Below are positions 47,182-56,691 of a DNA stretch of 64,000 bases, piece after piece; the first letter of the stretch is position 1; each line of letters opens with the position of its first letter. A model generated the notes under the pieces. That model was not told the origin of the DNA and searched no databases. It saw nothing but the letters and a program-made list of their open reading frames with translations. This DNA is from a virus. Its lineage: Duplodnaviria > Caudoviricetes. A program made the position numbers and the translations under genes. The stretch lies in IMG/VR virus record IMGVR_UViG_3300036770_008730, one strand, 5' to 3'.

Positions 47182-49963
47182 AGTTAATTAAGTTCCATCT
47201 CATTATTGATGAATGTTTAGTGTTATCTCTACCTTCTCTTATTTCTGATTCACTTACATCTGCAATACAGATGTTTGGGTAGAATGTGAAACATTTTCTG
47301 TAATGTTGTATCTGTAAATCACTTAGAATATTATCTATTGATTTTGTAGGAAATCTCAGAATATCTATTATTTCATCATATATTGATGAGTCAATTGCAT
47401 ATGCGAATGTTCCAAGACACTTCTTAGATAAATAGAAGTCCTCATTATACATTTCAATATTCCAGTCATATTGGCTTGTTCCAAAATACAATAGCTTCCA
47501 CTCTTTTATATTTCTTAACTTTTGAATAGATATGTTTATGTTTTCAGATATTAAAACATCATCTTCAAAAATTAAAATTCTCTTATAGTTTTTTTCTTTT
47601 GCGATTTTTATAATTTCTAGATGACTTAATAGACAACCGAGAGCAAATTTATTCTCTATCATGCCTTTTCCAGGTATAAATTTTGAATTATCAAATCTAA
47701 GATTATTTCCATCAACCGCTGAAAATCTTTCATATTGAATTTTCATCTTTTTTAATTTACTGTCAACTTTTTCAAGTTTATCAGCTCTTCTGTCTAAATT
47801 AATGACAAATACCTTATCAAAATAAGTATTGATATCTATTATGTTATCATCTTCGTCTCTCTCTTCAAAATACTGACTGAGTTCCTCTTCAATCATTTTG
47901 TTTTTTAAAGTCCATAGTCCGTTTTCATCTTTATTCAAGTCAAATTCAGGATTAAAATCATATTTTGTTAAAATATTATATCTTTCATTATATTTTCTAT
48001 TTGACATTTGACCGTGATATAAGTGTGTAATTCTTCCAGATACAAAATCTACTGATTTATTAACAACTTGTATAGCCTTATTTGACCAGTCTATGTAATG
48101 TTTTTTCCAACTTTCATTCATCTGATTTACAATTCCTGTATTGTTATTTCCTAAAAATGAATTACACATTAGAGAATCACCACCTCCTATTATTTGTGTA
48201 TCTAAGAAGCCAATTTCTTCTAAAACTTCTCTTCTCGCTGCCCATGCAAATCCTGGTATACCCAATGATATATTTAGATCCACTTTCTTTATTTCACTTA
48301 TTCTACTTATAATTCCTCTTGATATAGAACCAACCTCATCCTTTTCGTTCAATCTGTCAGCAAATTCATATAATTGAACTACCTTACAATTCTCAAGTTT
48401 TTTGTTACATTCCTCAACCCAGTTTGGATTATTGAATAAGATATCACAGTCAATCCAAGCTATATTTGTATATTCTTTAGGTATTTTTTCTAGTAATATG
48501 TTTAACAATCTTTCTTTTTGCCATAGAACATTGTTTTTATTTCCATTAATTTTTATTGTATTTTTATCATTGCAGTAAAACTCACCATCAAATGATAATT
48601 CTATTGTAAATAAATCTGCCTTTTCTTTTATTTTTTTTGAAAAAATTGAGTAATTGTATTTTATGTTTATATAACTTTTTGGATTGAAAAAAGTAGTGAT
48701 TACTGCTAATTTCGAGTCTATTTTAGACCTGACTTCCTTTATTAAAGGAGTTTGTTTTTTTTCAATTTCCAACATTTTTTTACTTATTAAATCCTCATCT
48801 ATAAATTTTGGACTTTTTCTTCCTCTCCAGTTTTTAGACTTTCTACCTAGGTGAATACAATTTGTTATGGTGATATTCTTTTGGAATAATTTTTTAAATT
48901 CTATATCTTGATGAAAAAAAGTTCCTTCAGTGTATATTTCTGAATAAGGATTACACTTTGATACATTAGGTGAGTTTATGTTAAATAAATGAAAAAATCC
49001 ATAACCATGATCTTTCTCTTTTTCTCCTAGAAAATCAATTGGTATTTCATTTCTAATAAATTTATCTACCTCATTATAATCCTGACAAATGTGTCTACTT
49101 GATGTGTAAATAGTATCTCTTTCTAATTTTTCAACATTAAAATCTTCTATTAATAAGATATCCGCATCCAAAAGTAAAATCCAATCAGGATCATTCAGAG
49201 TATTTATGGCTTCGTTTATTGCCTTACCTTTATTGAACCCCTTTTCATTTTCAAACATACAGTTTGTTACTAAACATCTTACTTCGAATTTTTTGCATAT
49301 TTCTTGACACTTATAATCAATTTCTGAAGTAACAACGGTTATATTTTTTAAGTATTTTCTATTATGTTCAAGACATAAAATTAATGTATCGTTATAATCT
49401 ACTGATACTATAATGGTGTCTATTTTTCTGACTTCTGTTTCTACTAATTTGTTTGTGTATCTTTGACCTTTTACTCTAGTGGTCTCACTTTTGACTGTAT
49501 TAATAGATGGTTTGTTTAAGTTTGATGTTATTTTGAAAGATTCTGATATCTTCTCATGTGAGATATCGATTTTTTTTCCAATAATGCAATCAATAACTTC
49601 AGTGTATTTTTTTATGAAATTATGAGGATTAAAAATTATGAATTCATATTCACCATTTGATAATTTAAAAAATGTCTCCTTATCTTGAATTTTATTATAC
49701 TTTGCTAAGTTATAGTTAAAAATTTGATTCCATAATGACCAACAAATTATTTGATTTGGAAACAAACTGATAACCTTCTCTGTGTGACTAGATTCCGTAG
49801 AAATTTTATTAAAAACAATAATTCTATTATTGTTACTCAAATAATTTGAGTCTGTAAATACTACAATATTCGAGATTAGCTTATTTTTTAAATTACTATC
49901 TATTATATTTTGAAATAGTTTTTGATTAAACTCGTGTTGTTCTATTTTTGTTACTAGAATCAT
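47174..49963 (-). CDS. Multidomain glycosyltransferase (two GT-A domains plus a C-terminal GT25 domain)
   Basis: LLLDADI; WQKERLLN..AWIDCDI; GT25 motifs FVINLDRR, GCLLSH, IFEDD. Confidence 0.8.
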   Translation of the reverse strand: MILVTKIEQHEFNQKLFQNIIDSNLKNKLISNIVVFTDSNYLSNNNRIIVFNKISTESSHTEKVISLFPNQIICWSLWNQIFNYNLAKYNKIQDKETFFKLSNGEYEFIIFNPHNFIKKYTEVIDCIIGKKIDISHEKISESFKITSNLNKPSINTVKSETTRVKGQRYTNKLVETEVRKIDTIIVSVDYNDTLILCLEHNRKYLKNITVVTSEIDYKCQEICKKFEVRCLVTNCMFENEKGFNKGKAINEAINTLNDPDWILLLDADILLIEDFNVEKLERDTIYTSSRHICQDYNEVDKFIRNEIPIDFLGEKEKDHGYGFFHLFNINSPNVSKCNPYSEIYTEGTFFHQDIEFKKLFQKNITITNCIHLGRKSKNWRGRKSPKFIDEDLISKKMLEIEKKQTPLIKEVRSKIDSKLAVITTFFNPKSYINIKYNYSIFSKKIKEKADLFTIELSFDGEFYCNDKNTIKINGNKNNVLWQKERLLNILLEKIPKEYTNIAWIDCDILFNNPNWVEECNKKLENCKVVQLYEFADRLNEKDEVGSISRGIISRISEIKKVDLNISLGIPGFAWAARREVLEEIGFLDTQIIGGGDSLMCNSFLGNNNTGIVNQMNESWKKHYIDWSNKAIQVVNKSVDFVSGRITHLYHGQMSNRKYNERYNILTKYDFNPEFDLNKDENGLWTLKNKMIEEELSQYFEERDEDDNIIDINTYFDKVFVINLDRRADKLEKVDSKLKKMKIQYERFSAVDGNNLRFDNSKFIPGKGMIENKFALGCLLSHLEIIKIAKEKNYKRILIFEDDVLISENINISIQKLRNIKEWKLLYFGTSQYDWNIEMYNEDFYLSKKCLGTFAYAIDSSIYDEIIDILRFPTKSIDNILSDLQIQHYRKCFTFYPNICIADVSESEIREGRDNTKHSSIMRWNLINYV

Positions 49964-49999
49964 ATTGAAATTATATATAAAAGAAAACCTCGTTTTCTA

Positions 50000-50398
50000 A
50001 TGAAATTTTTAGGTAGAAGTGAAAAAATAAATTTAATTGATCTACAAATTGATAAATTGAGTTGTAAGATTGATACTGGCGCATTTGGAAACGCCATTCA
50101 TTGTGATGATATAAAAATAATAGATGATAAACTTTCATTTAGAATTAATGATAAAAACTTCCTATTTGAAAAGTATAAAACAGTAATAGTCAAAAACTCT
50201 TTTGGCAAAAAACAAAAAAGATTTCTTATATTTACGAGAATTAAATTAGGTAACTCAATCTATAAAGTTTATCTTTCTTTGACCAATAGAAAAGATATGA
50301 GACATCCTATGTTAATTGGAAGAAGATTTCTTCATAAATTCGACTACTTAGTAAATGTGAAAGAAAAAAATACTTATGATAGAGCTAAAAAGGTGTAA
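50000..50398 (+). CDS. RimK-associated retropepsin-like (ATP-dependent Zn protease family) aspartic protease
   Basis: KIDTGA and MRHPMLIGRRFL. Confidence 0.85.
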   Translation: MKFLGRSEKINLIDLQIDKLSCKIDTGAFGNAIHCDDIKIIDDKLSFRINDKNFLFEKYKTVIVKNSFGKKQKRFLIFTRIKLGNSIYKVYLSLTNRKDMRHPMLIGRRFLHKFDYLVNVKEKNTYDRAKKV

Positions 50399-50909
50399 TT
50401 ATATTACTGGTCAAGTCAACTCAGTTTCTTTTGGGATTTCTAAGATATTAGAATTCTTTGAATTGATTGGTAAGACTCCTATTTTCCTCTATAATAAAGA
50501 TAGTCAATTTCAACATTTCATTCATACTTCAAGAATTGAATTTGCAAATTTCAATGAATTCCAAGATATCTTATTAAACAAGTCAAATCTTTTTCGAGTT
50601 GATTTAGTAATTTGTGACCTTTGGCATCTAAAAAATGTTTCTCAAGTCTTATCATATAAGCAAAATCTAGATAGATTGAATATAGATTATATAATTATTA
50701 CTAATAAATACCACTATGTTGAGGGTGATCCAAATGTTAATATCTACAAAATAGAAACAGAATATACTGATAATAGTAATTGGCGTTCTGAGTCTAAATA
50801 TTGGATTAGTGAAATTATTTGTAACAGCAAGACAACTATGGATGATTTAGTACTTTCCTTCAAAAGAAATAAGAAAATAGATGATATTATAGACGATAAT
50901 AGTTGTTAA
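50376..50909 (+). CDS. Degenerate P-loop-fold protein
   Basis: N-terminal YITG strand, DLVICD Walker-B-like, no Walker A Lys; C-terminal FKRNKKIDDII. Confidence 0.5.
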   Translation: MIELKRCNYITGQVNSVSFGISKILEFFELIGKTPIFLYNKDSQFQHFIHTSRIEFANFNEFQDILLNKSNLFRVDLVICDLWHLKNVSQVLSYKQNLDRLNIDYIIITNKYHYVEGDPNVNIYKIETEYTDNSNWRSESKYWISEIICNSKTTMDDLVLSFKRNKKIDDIIDDNSC

Positions 50910-50933
50910 ATTCAATTTTCTTTCTTATATTTG
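50903..50933 (+). promoter_or_regulatory. Bacteroidota primary-sigma-type promoter (TTG-N20-TATATTTG)
   Basis: TTG at 50903-50905 and TATATTTG at 50926-50933, upstream of the ATG at 50953. Confidence 0.6.
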
Positions 50934-50952
50934 TATTAAATCTAAATAAATT

Positions 50953-52050
50953 ATGAGAGTCAGAAAGAAATTCCTACAACTTACAAAATATACCTACCCA
51001 TACGGAACAGAAAGCTTCCTTAAATCATATTTACCAACTGGTTATCAAACGGATGCTCACGGTAACTTTTATTATGTTGTTGGTGATAAACCAACTACTA
51101 TGTTTACCTGTCATTTAGACACTGCTTGTATAAGACAAGAAAAAGTAACACATGTTATAAATCAAAATATGGTTTCTACAGATGGTAAAACTATATTAGG
51201 TGCTGATGATAAAGCTGGAATGGTTGTTTTGCTTTATATGATAGAAAATAAAGTTCCAGGTCTTTACTACTTCTTCTTAGGAGAAGAGGTTGGTTGTATT
51301 GGGTCTGGTAAACTAGCTGCTGATTGGAAAAATTCTATATTTAGTGATACTATCAATAAATGTGTTTCTTTTGATAGAAGAGGAACAAAATCAATTATCA
51401 CTCACCAATTATATGGTAGATGTTGTTCTGATGAATTTGGTCAAGATTTGGCAAATAAACTTAACTTAACTGGTCAGGGATTGGCTATGGAATTAGATGA
51501 TACTGGTATTTTTACCGACTCCGCTAAATTTATGTCTTTAGTTCCAGAGTGTACTAATATATCGGTTGGTTATTACAACGAACATACAACTAAAGAATGT
51601 CAAAATATTGATTTTTTATCTAACTTATGTAAAGCAGTTTGTAAGATTGATTGGAATTCATTACCTATAGTAAGAGATGCCTCTAGTGAAGATAATTGGT
51701 TTTGTGATGAAGATGATGATTTTGAAGATGATGAAGATCAATTAACTTTTAAGGACGAACTTTACTCCTACTTTCGGCTCAATAAAGGACAACCTGCTAA
51801 AAAAATGTTTATTTCTACTAAACAAATTCAATATGAAAAAGAAATAATTTCTGACTGGATTGCTAATAAGAGTTCTTATTTCGGAGTTAGTGATATTCAT
51901 TGGAATGGAAATATGCTTCAAATTGAAAATCAATATGGTCAAATTGAGTTTGTTGGATATAGATATGATCTATTCTCACTAATTCCACAGTTAGAACAGG
52001 TTGATATGAGACATATTAAAGAAAGAATAAGTAAAGTAATTGTCTTTTAA
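50953..52050 (+). CDS. M20/M28-family zinc peptidase
   Basis: CHLDT, GADDKAG, GEEVG, FDRRG, GYYNEH. Confidence 0.85.
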   Translation: MRVRKKFLQLTKYTYPYGTESFLKSYLPTGYQTDAHGNFYYVVGDKPTTMFTCHLDTACIRQEKVTHVINQNMVSTDGKTILGADDKAGMVVLLYMIENKVPGLYYFFLGEEVGCIGSGKLAADWKNSIFSDTINKCVSFDRRGTKSIITHQLYGRCCSDEFGQDLANKLNLTGQGLAMELDDTGIFTDSAKFMSLVPECTNISVGYYNEHTTKECQNIDFLSNLCKAVCKIDWNSLPIVRDASSEDNWFCDEDDDFEDDEDQLTFKDELYSYFRLNKGQPAKKMFISTKQIQYEKEIISDWIANKSSYFGVSDIHWNGNMLQIENQYGQIEFVGYRYDLFSLIPQLEQVDMRHIKERISKVIVF

Positions 52051-52235
52051 CCTAATATAATTCCAGGATTTTTATACCCTTTTTGTTTTGTTATTTCCAA
52101 CATTTGAGAAGTCGAAAGTTCGTTGGGATTCCAACCTTTCTTTTTTGAATATTCGTTAACAAATTTTTCTCTTAAAAAATCTAGTTCAGATTTTTTAATT
52201 TGTTGATTTCCTAAAATTAATTCTTCTTTTTTCAT
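52047..52235 (-). CDS. Small hypothetical protein
   Basis: 62-aa ORF, A-rich leader, TTAA stop shared with the convergent gene. Confidence 0.6.
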   Translation of the reverse strand: MKKEELILGNQQIKKSELDFLREKFVNEYSKKKGWNPNELSTSQMLEITKQKGYKNPGIILG

Positions 52236-52245
52236 ATTTTATTCT

Positions 52246-52674
52246 TTATTTTATTAGTAAGTAAGTCAGAACTTGTAAAACAACACCTAATATTAATGCA
52301 GTTGTTCTATGTTTATATTTCATCAATGGTGCAAACGGTGGAAATGTCTTCGATTCATCTTTCCATCCTTTTGGATAAACTTTACCACCTAGTTTGTTTC
52401 TGGTATAATAATATGTTCCATTGTGAAAAAAACTAAATTCTAACAATAGACTTGTAGTTATTAGTAGAGAAAATGGGCCTATATAGTTTGACATAAATGC
52501 TGTTAATATTATCGATACTAAAAATCTTTGTAAATTAAATACTGGATTAATATTAAAGTCACATGCTTTTTTGCACATATTCTCATAATGCCAGTAAAAA
52601 CCTTCTCTTGATCCTTCTGTTATCGAATATAAAACCCAAATAAAGTTTATTAGTAATAATGAAATTAATGTCAT
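52246..52674 (-). CDS. Membrane protein
   Basis: Four hydrophobic segments. Confidence 0.7.
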   Translation of the reverse strand: MTLISLLLINFIWVLYSITEGSREGFYWHYENMCKKACDFNINPVFNLQRFLVSIILTAFMSNYIGPFSLLITTSLLLEFSFFHNGTYYYTRNKLGGKVYPKGWKDESKTFPPFAPLMKYKHRTTALILGVVLQVLTYLLIK

Positions 52675-52675
52675 A

Positions 52676-52706
52676 TTGTATATATAATTTTTTATAAGTA
52701 TATTTG
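52676..52706 (+). promoter_or_regulatory. Bacteroidota primary-sigma-type promoter (TTG-N20-TATATTTG)
   Basis: TTG at 52676-52678, TATATTTG at 52699-52706, ATG at 52712 (nearly leaderless). Confidence 0.55.
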
Positions 52707-52711
52707 TATCG

Positions 52712-53182
52712 ATGTTTGAATTAAAGGGTAAAATACAATTTGATCCAGTAAATGTAACTAGAAAACATAGTAGGCAATCTTCTTGGAAGAAAACCGCTAT
52801 GATTAAAATTGATGATGATACTTGGTCATACTACGCTTGGTTTATTGAAAAGAGATTTAATCTCAAATTAAATAAACCTTTAAGAGGAACTCATATAACT
52901 ATTATAAATGATAAGTGCGATTTTGATATATTTGAGCAGGCTAGAACAGTGTTTGATGGTAAAGAGATAACATTAAAATATGATCCTACTTGTATAAGAG
53001 CTAATAAAAAAGGTCACTGGTGGATAAAAGTTTATTGTGAAGAAGTCAAATCAATTAGAATTGCTATGGGAATGACTCCTGAGCCCTATTTTGGTCTACA
53101 TTTAACTATTGGAATTGCTACTCACTTACAACTTGAACATTCAAATTATATATTGGATCAATGTATTAAATTTAATTTATGA
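52712..53182 (+). CDS. 2H phosphoesterase
   Basis: Two HxT motifs: GTHITI and GLHLTIG. Confidence 0.75.
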   Translation: MFELKGKIQFDPVNVTRKHSRQSSWKKTAMIKIDDDTWSYYAWFIEKRFNLKLNKPLRGTHITIINDKCDFDIFEQARTVFDGKEITLKYDPTCIRANKKGHWWIKVYCEEVKSIRIAMGMTPEPYFGLHLTIGIATHLQLEHSNYILDQCIKFNL

Positions 53183-53532
53183 TGGATGATTTTTTTGACA
53201 GCTTCAAAGGTAGGCCTAAATATGACCATAAGATAAGAGTGGTTCATTTCAAAAAGGAACCCTATGATATTTATATTGGTAGACTTCCGAATGGTAAGTT
53301 CAATAAGTGGGCTTATCCAAAAGAATTACGAGAAAAGTTTCCTGAGGGGACTTCGCGTAAAGTAATTGTTGATGCTTATGAGGATTATTTACTTTCAAAC
53401 GAAGAGTTGATGAATTCTCTTCATGAGTTAAAAGATAAAGTTCTTGGTTGTTGGTGTAAAAATTTAGGAGGTACTGGTAAATCTTGTCATGGAGACATAC
53501 TTGTAAAGTGGGTTAAAATTAAATGTAATTAG
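53179..53532 (+). CDS. DUF4326-family protein
   Basis: VVH..YDIYIGR..KW and ELKDKVLGCWC..CHGDIL. Confidence 0.8.
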   Translation: MMDDFFDSFKGRPKYDHKIRVVHFKKEPYDIYIGRLPNGKFNKWAYPKELREKFPEGTSRKVIVDAYEDYLLSNEELMNSLHELKDKVLGCWCKNLGGTGKSCHGDILVKWVKIKCN

Positions 53533-53585
53533 TAAAACAAAATGACTTTAGATTAGTAAAATTAAAGTATTTCAAAAAATTAAAA

Positions 53586-54377
53586 ATGCCAGAGCTAGCT
53601 GAAGTCAAAATTGTCGCGGATTATGTAAATCACCATTCTAAGGATAGAACATTTTCTAAAGTCTTTCATGTCAAAAAAGGAAATTTACCTGAGGACTCTA
53701 ATCTAATTGAGAATTTCAAACTAATTGCTGATTCAAATGGGAAAGAATTGATACTAACTCTTAAAAATGAATTAAAGACTATTAGTATCTCTGTATTTAT
53801 GGGTATGTCTGGTAATTGGCTTTTTACCGATACTTCTACCTGGTCTGATAGAAAATTCACTAGACTTAGATTAGATACATCAGATGGTAATTCTTTATTA
53901 TTGTGGGGTCTTTATATGGGTCCTAAGTATAAAGTTGGTGGTTTTACTGGTGTAAAAAGAGGACCAGATCCAACAAAAGATTTTGACAATTTTAAATCTT
54001 CTGTTCTATCTAACTTAGATAAGAAGAATTTTGATAGGCCTATTTGTGAGGCCTTACTAGACCAAAAATATTTTAATGGTATAGGTAACTATCTTAGAAG
54101 TACAATATTGTACTATGCGAATGTTAATCCATTTGAAGTGGCCAGAGAATCACTGAAAAAAAACTCACAAATACTGGATTTGTGTAAATCAGTTCCTCTG
54201 AAGGCAATCGAATTAAATGGTGGGCAATTAAAAGACTGGAAAAGTCCGTTTGATACTGACTATGAAGAGTTCAAAAAATGGGTTTTTTATCAAAAAGGTT
54301 TATCTGTAAAAGATAATACTGGTAGAACATTTTGGTATGATGAAAAGTGGAAAGAGTTTAATATTTACAACAAATGA
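53586..54377 (+). CDS. Fpg/Nei DNA glycosylase (zincless-finger type)
   Basis: N-terminal PELAE, H2TH LLDQKYFNGIGNY, C-terminal GRTFWY with no zinc-finger cysteines. Confidence 0.9.
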   Translation: MPELAEVKIVADYVNHHSKDRTFSKVFHVKKGNLPEDSNLIENFKLIADSNGKELILTLKNELKTISISVFMGMSGNWLFTDTSTWSDRKFTRLRLDTSDGNSLLLWGLYMGPKYKVGGFTGVKRGPDPTKDFDNFKSSVLSNLDKKNFDRPICEALLDQKYFNGIGNYLRSTILYYANVNPFEVARESLKKNSQILDLCKSVPLKAIELNGGQLKDWKSPFDTDYEEFKKWVFYQKGLSVKDNTGRTFWYDEKWKEFNIYNK

Positions 54378-56158
54378 AATTTACAACAAAAAAATTACTT
54401 AGTGTGGTTTGGGAATTTGCCAAACCTTTTAGAAAATCATTTTTAATGGTTTTATTTATCATAATTTTTATGACATCGATTGATGCCATAAACTCTTATT
54501 TTATGTCAAAAGTCTTTGATTCACTTCAAACACAAACATCTTTACAGACTACACTTATCTTTTGCCTTTTATCCTTTGGATTTGTTACCCTAAGAATAGT
54601 CTTACAAAGATGGAGAGAAATATTAGAAACTAAAAAATTAGATGTTTTTATAACTAATCACCTCAATCATCAATCTATTGCTAAATTCTTTACATTTTCA
54701 AATGGACAACATATCAATGAACATTCTGGTGTAAAACAAAGTATAATAACTTCCGGGTTCTCATCGATTCAGAATTTTATGAATATGTTAATTTATAATT
54801 TAATACCACACGCTTCTTTATTTCTAGCATCATTAGTTATTTTCTATTATGTTCATTGGTCAATTGGCTTAGTCTATACGATTGGTTCTGTTATTTATTT
54901 TTGGCAAATGTTAGTTTATAACAAGCAAATACATCCAAAAGTTAAAGAGGTAAATGAAATTAGAAATCAAAACTCTAGATTTATATCCGAAGTTTATCGA
55001 TATGTATTTCTGATAAAAAATGAGGTTGCTGAAAAGAAAACACTTTCTAATTTAGAGGATATTCAATCAAAATTTTATAATAAAAATTTGGAGACTTGGA
55101 CTTTTGGTCTTAAAAAGATAATGTGGATAAGACTAGTGCCGAATATATTCAGATATTCTACTATGTTAATTTCTGTTTGGTTATTTTTTCAAGGATTGAC
55201 AACCATTGGTGGTTTGTTTTTAGTATTCACTTGGTCTAGTCATTTCATTAATAGTTTGTGGTGGTTAGCTGAAATTCAAAAACAATTTATTACTGATAAG
55301 ATTAATATAGAGAAGTATTTTGAAATGCTTGAAATTCCTTCTGATATAGAGTTTTCCGATAATCCTGTTTCTAAGTCAAACTATTCTGAAATTGAATTTA
55401 AAAGTGTAGAATTCTCTTATCCTAAAAGAACAAAAGAACATACAGATGAAAAACAAGAAAAAGAACCAGTATTGAAATCTATATCTTTTAAGATTGAGAG
55501 TGGTGAGAAAGTTGCATTTGTGGGAGAATCTGGATCTGGTAAATCCACTATTGCTAATCTTATTAGAAGAGCTTTTGATCCTCAGTCTGGTGAGATATTA
55601 ATAGATGGTGTTAATCTAAGAGATTTAGAATTATCAAATTTTTTGAAATCAATAGGTTCTGTTGACCAAGAGGTTATTTTATTTGACCGCTCACTAAGAG
55701 ATAACATTTCTTTTGGTTTGGATAGAATACTAACCAATGAAGAATTAGAATCGATTTCCAAAAAGAGTGGAGTAAGTAAGTTTTTTCATAAATTAGAACA
55801 TGGTTGGGACACAATAATTGGTGAAAGAGGTTGTAAGCTATCTGGTGGTGAAAGACAAAGAATTGGTATTGCCAGGGCTTTAGCAAAAAAGCCAGAAATA
55901 CTTATCTTTGATGAGGCTACTTCAGCTTTAGATTCAGTAAGTGAAACATTTGTTCAAAAATCAATTGATGAAAGTTGCAAAGGCAAAACCTCAATAGTTA
56001 TAGCTCATAGATTATCCACTGTTAAAAACTGCGATAGAATATTTGTTATGAAAGATGGAGAGATTATCTGTAGTGGAACACATAGATATCTTTTATCTAA
56101 TTGTGAATATTATAATAATTTAATCAAAAATCAATTACAGGAAGTTTTAGTAAACTAA
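54374..56158 (+). CDS. ABCB-type exporter (TMD plus NBD half transporter)
   Basis: Six TM segments; GESGSGKST, LSGGERQR, DEATSALD, IAHRL. Confidence 0.95.
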   Translation: MKFTTKKLLSVVWEFAKPFRKSFLMVLFIIIFMTSIDAINSYFMSKVFDSLQTQTSLQTTLIFCLLSFGFVTLRIVLQRWREILETKKLDVFITNHLNHQSIAKFFTFSNGQHINEHSGVKQSIITSGFSSIQNFMNMLIYNLIPHASLFLASLVIFYYVHWSIGLVYTIGSVIYFWQMLVYNKQIHPKVKEVNEIRNQNSRFISEVYRYVFLIKNEVAEKKTLSNLEDIQSKFYNKNLETWTFGLKKIMWIRLVPNIFRYSTMLISVWLFFQGLTTIGGLFLVFTWSSHFINSLWWLAEIQKQFITDKINIEKYFEMLEIPSDIEFSDNPVSKSNYSEIEFKSVEFSYPKRTKEHTDEKQEKEPVLKSISFKIESGEKVAFVGESGSGKSTIANLIRRAFDPQSGEILIDGVNLRDLELSNFLKSIGSVDQEVILFDRSLRDNISFGLDRILTNEELESISKKSGVSKFFHKLEHGWDTIIGERGCKLSGGERQRIGIARALAKKPEILIFDEATSALDSVSETFVQKSIDESCKGKTSIVIAHRLSTVKNCDRIFVMKDGEIICSGTHRYLLSNCEYYNNLIKNQLQEVLVN

Positions 56159-56184
56159 TTTTTTGAATTAGTGTATAATGATTA

Positions 56185-56691
56185 ATGATTGATTGTGATT
56201 ATATAATTTTTCACGGTGACCGAAATGTCGGAAGAAGTTCATTGTTATTTACTTTAGCTAACATCTGTAAGTCTAATAATGAAACTACTTTTTTCTTTGG
56301 CACCACCGATGAATTCAATTCAGAATCTATGATAGATAGTCCTTTTTCGAGAAAGTTCTTTTATAGACACAGAGATACAAGGTTAGTCGAAAATATTTTT
56401 CAAATAGCAGAAAGAGAAAAGTGTCAGTATGTTTTTATCGATGATATTGATTTTCTAAGTGTAGAGGATTTGAAAATAATTAATGAGTCAAAAGTCAAAA
56501 AAATTGCAACTTGTCTCACTGGTAAGATTCCTAAGCTTACGACTTATAAATCCTATGAATTATCTAGTGTATATGATGATGCAACCTTTAGAGAAGAAAA
56601 ATACCTCAGTTCTGATGGTTCAAAAATACCAATTACAGTTTTTTTCAAAACATTTGAAAGAGACAAAAAAATAAATTCAATACTTAAATGA
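56185..56691 (+). CDS. Degenerate P-loop NTPase-fold protein
   Basis: GDRNVGRS (Walker A K to R), VFIDD; C-terminal FERDKKINSIL. Confidence 0.55.
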   Translation: MIDCDYIIFHGDRNVGRSSLLFTLANICKSNNETTFFFGTTDEFNSESMIDSPFSRKFFYRHRDTRLVENIFQIAEREKCQYVFIDDIDFLSVEDLKIINESKVKKIATCLTGKIPKLTTYKSYELSSVYDDATFREEKYLSSDGSKIPITVFFKTFERDKKINSILK

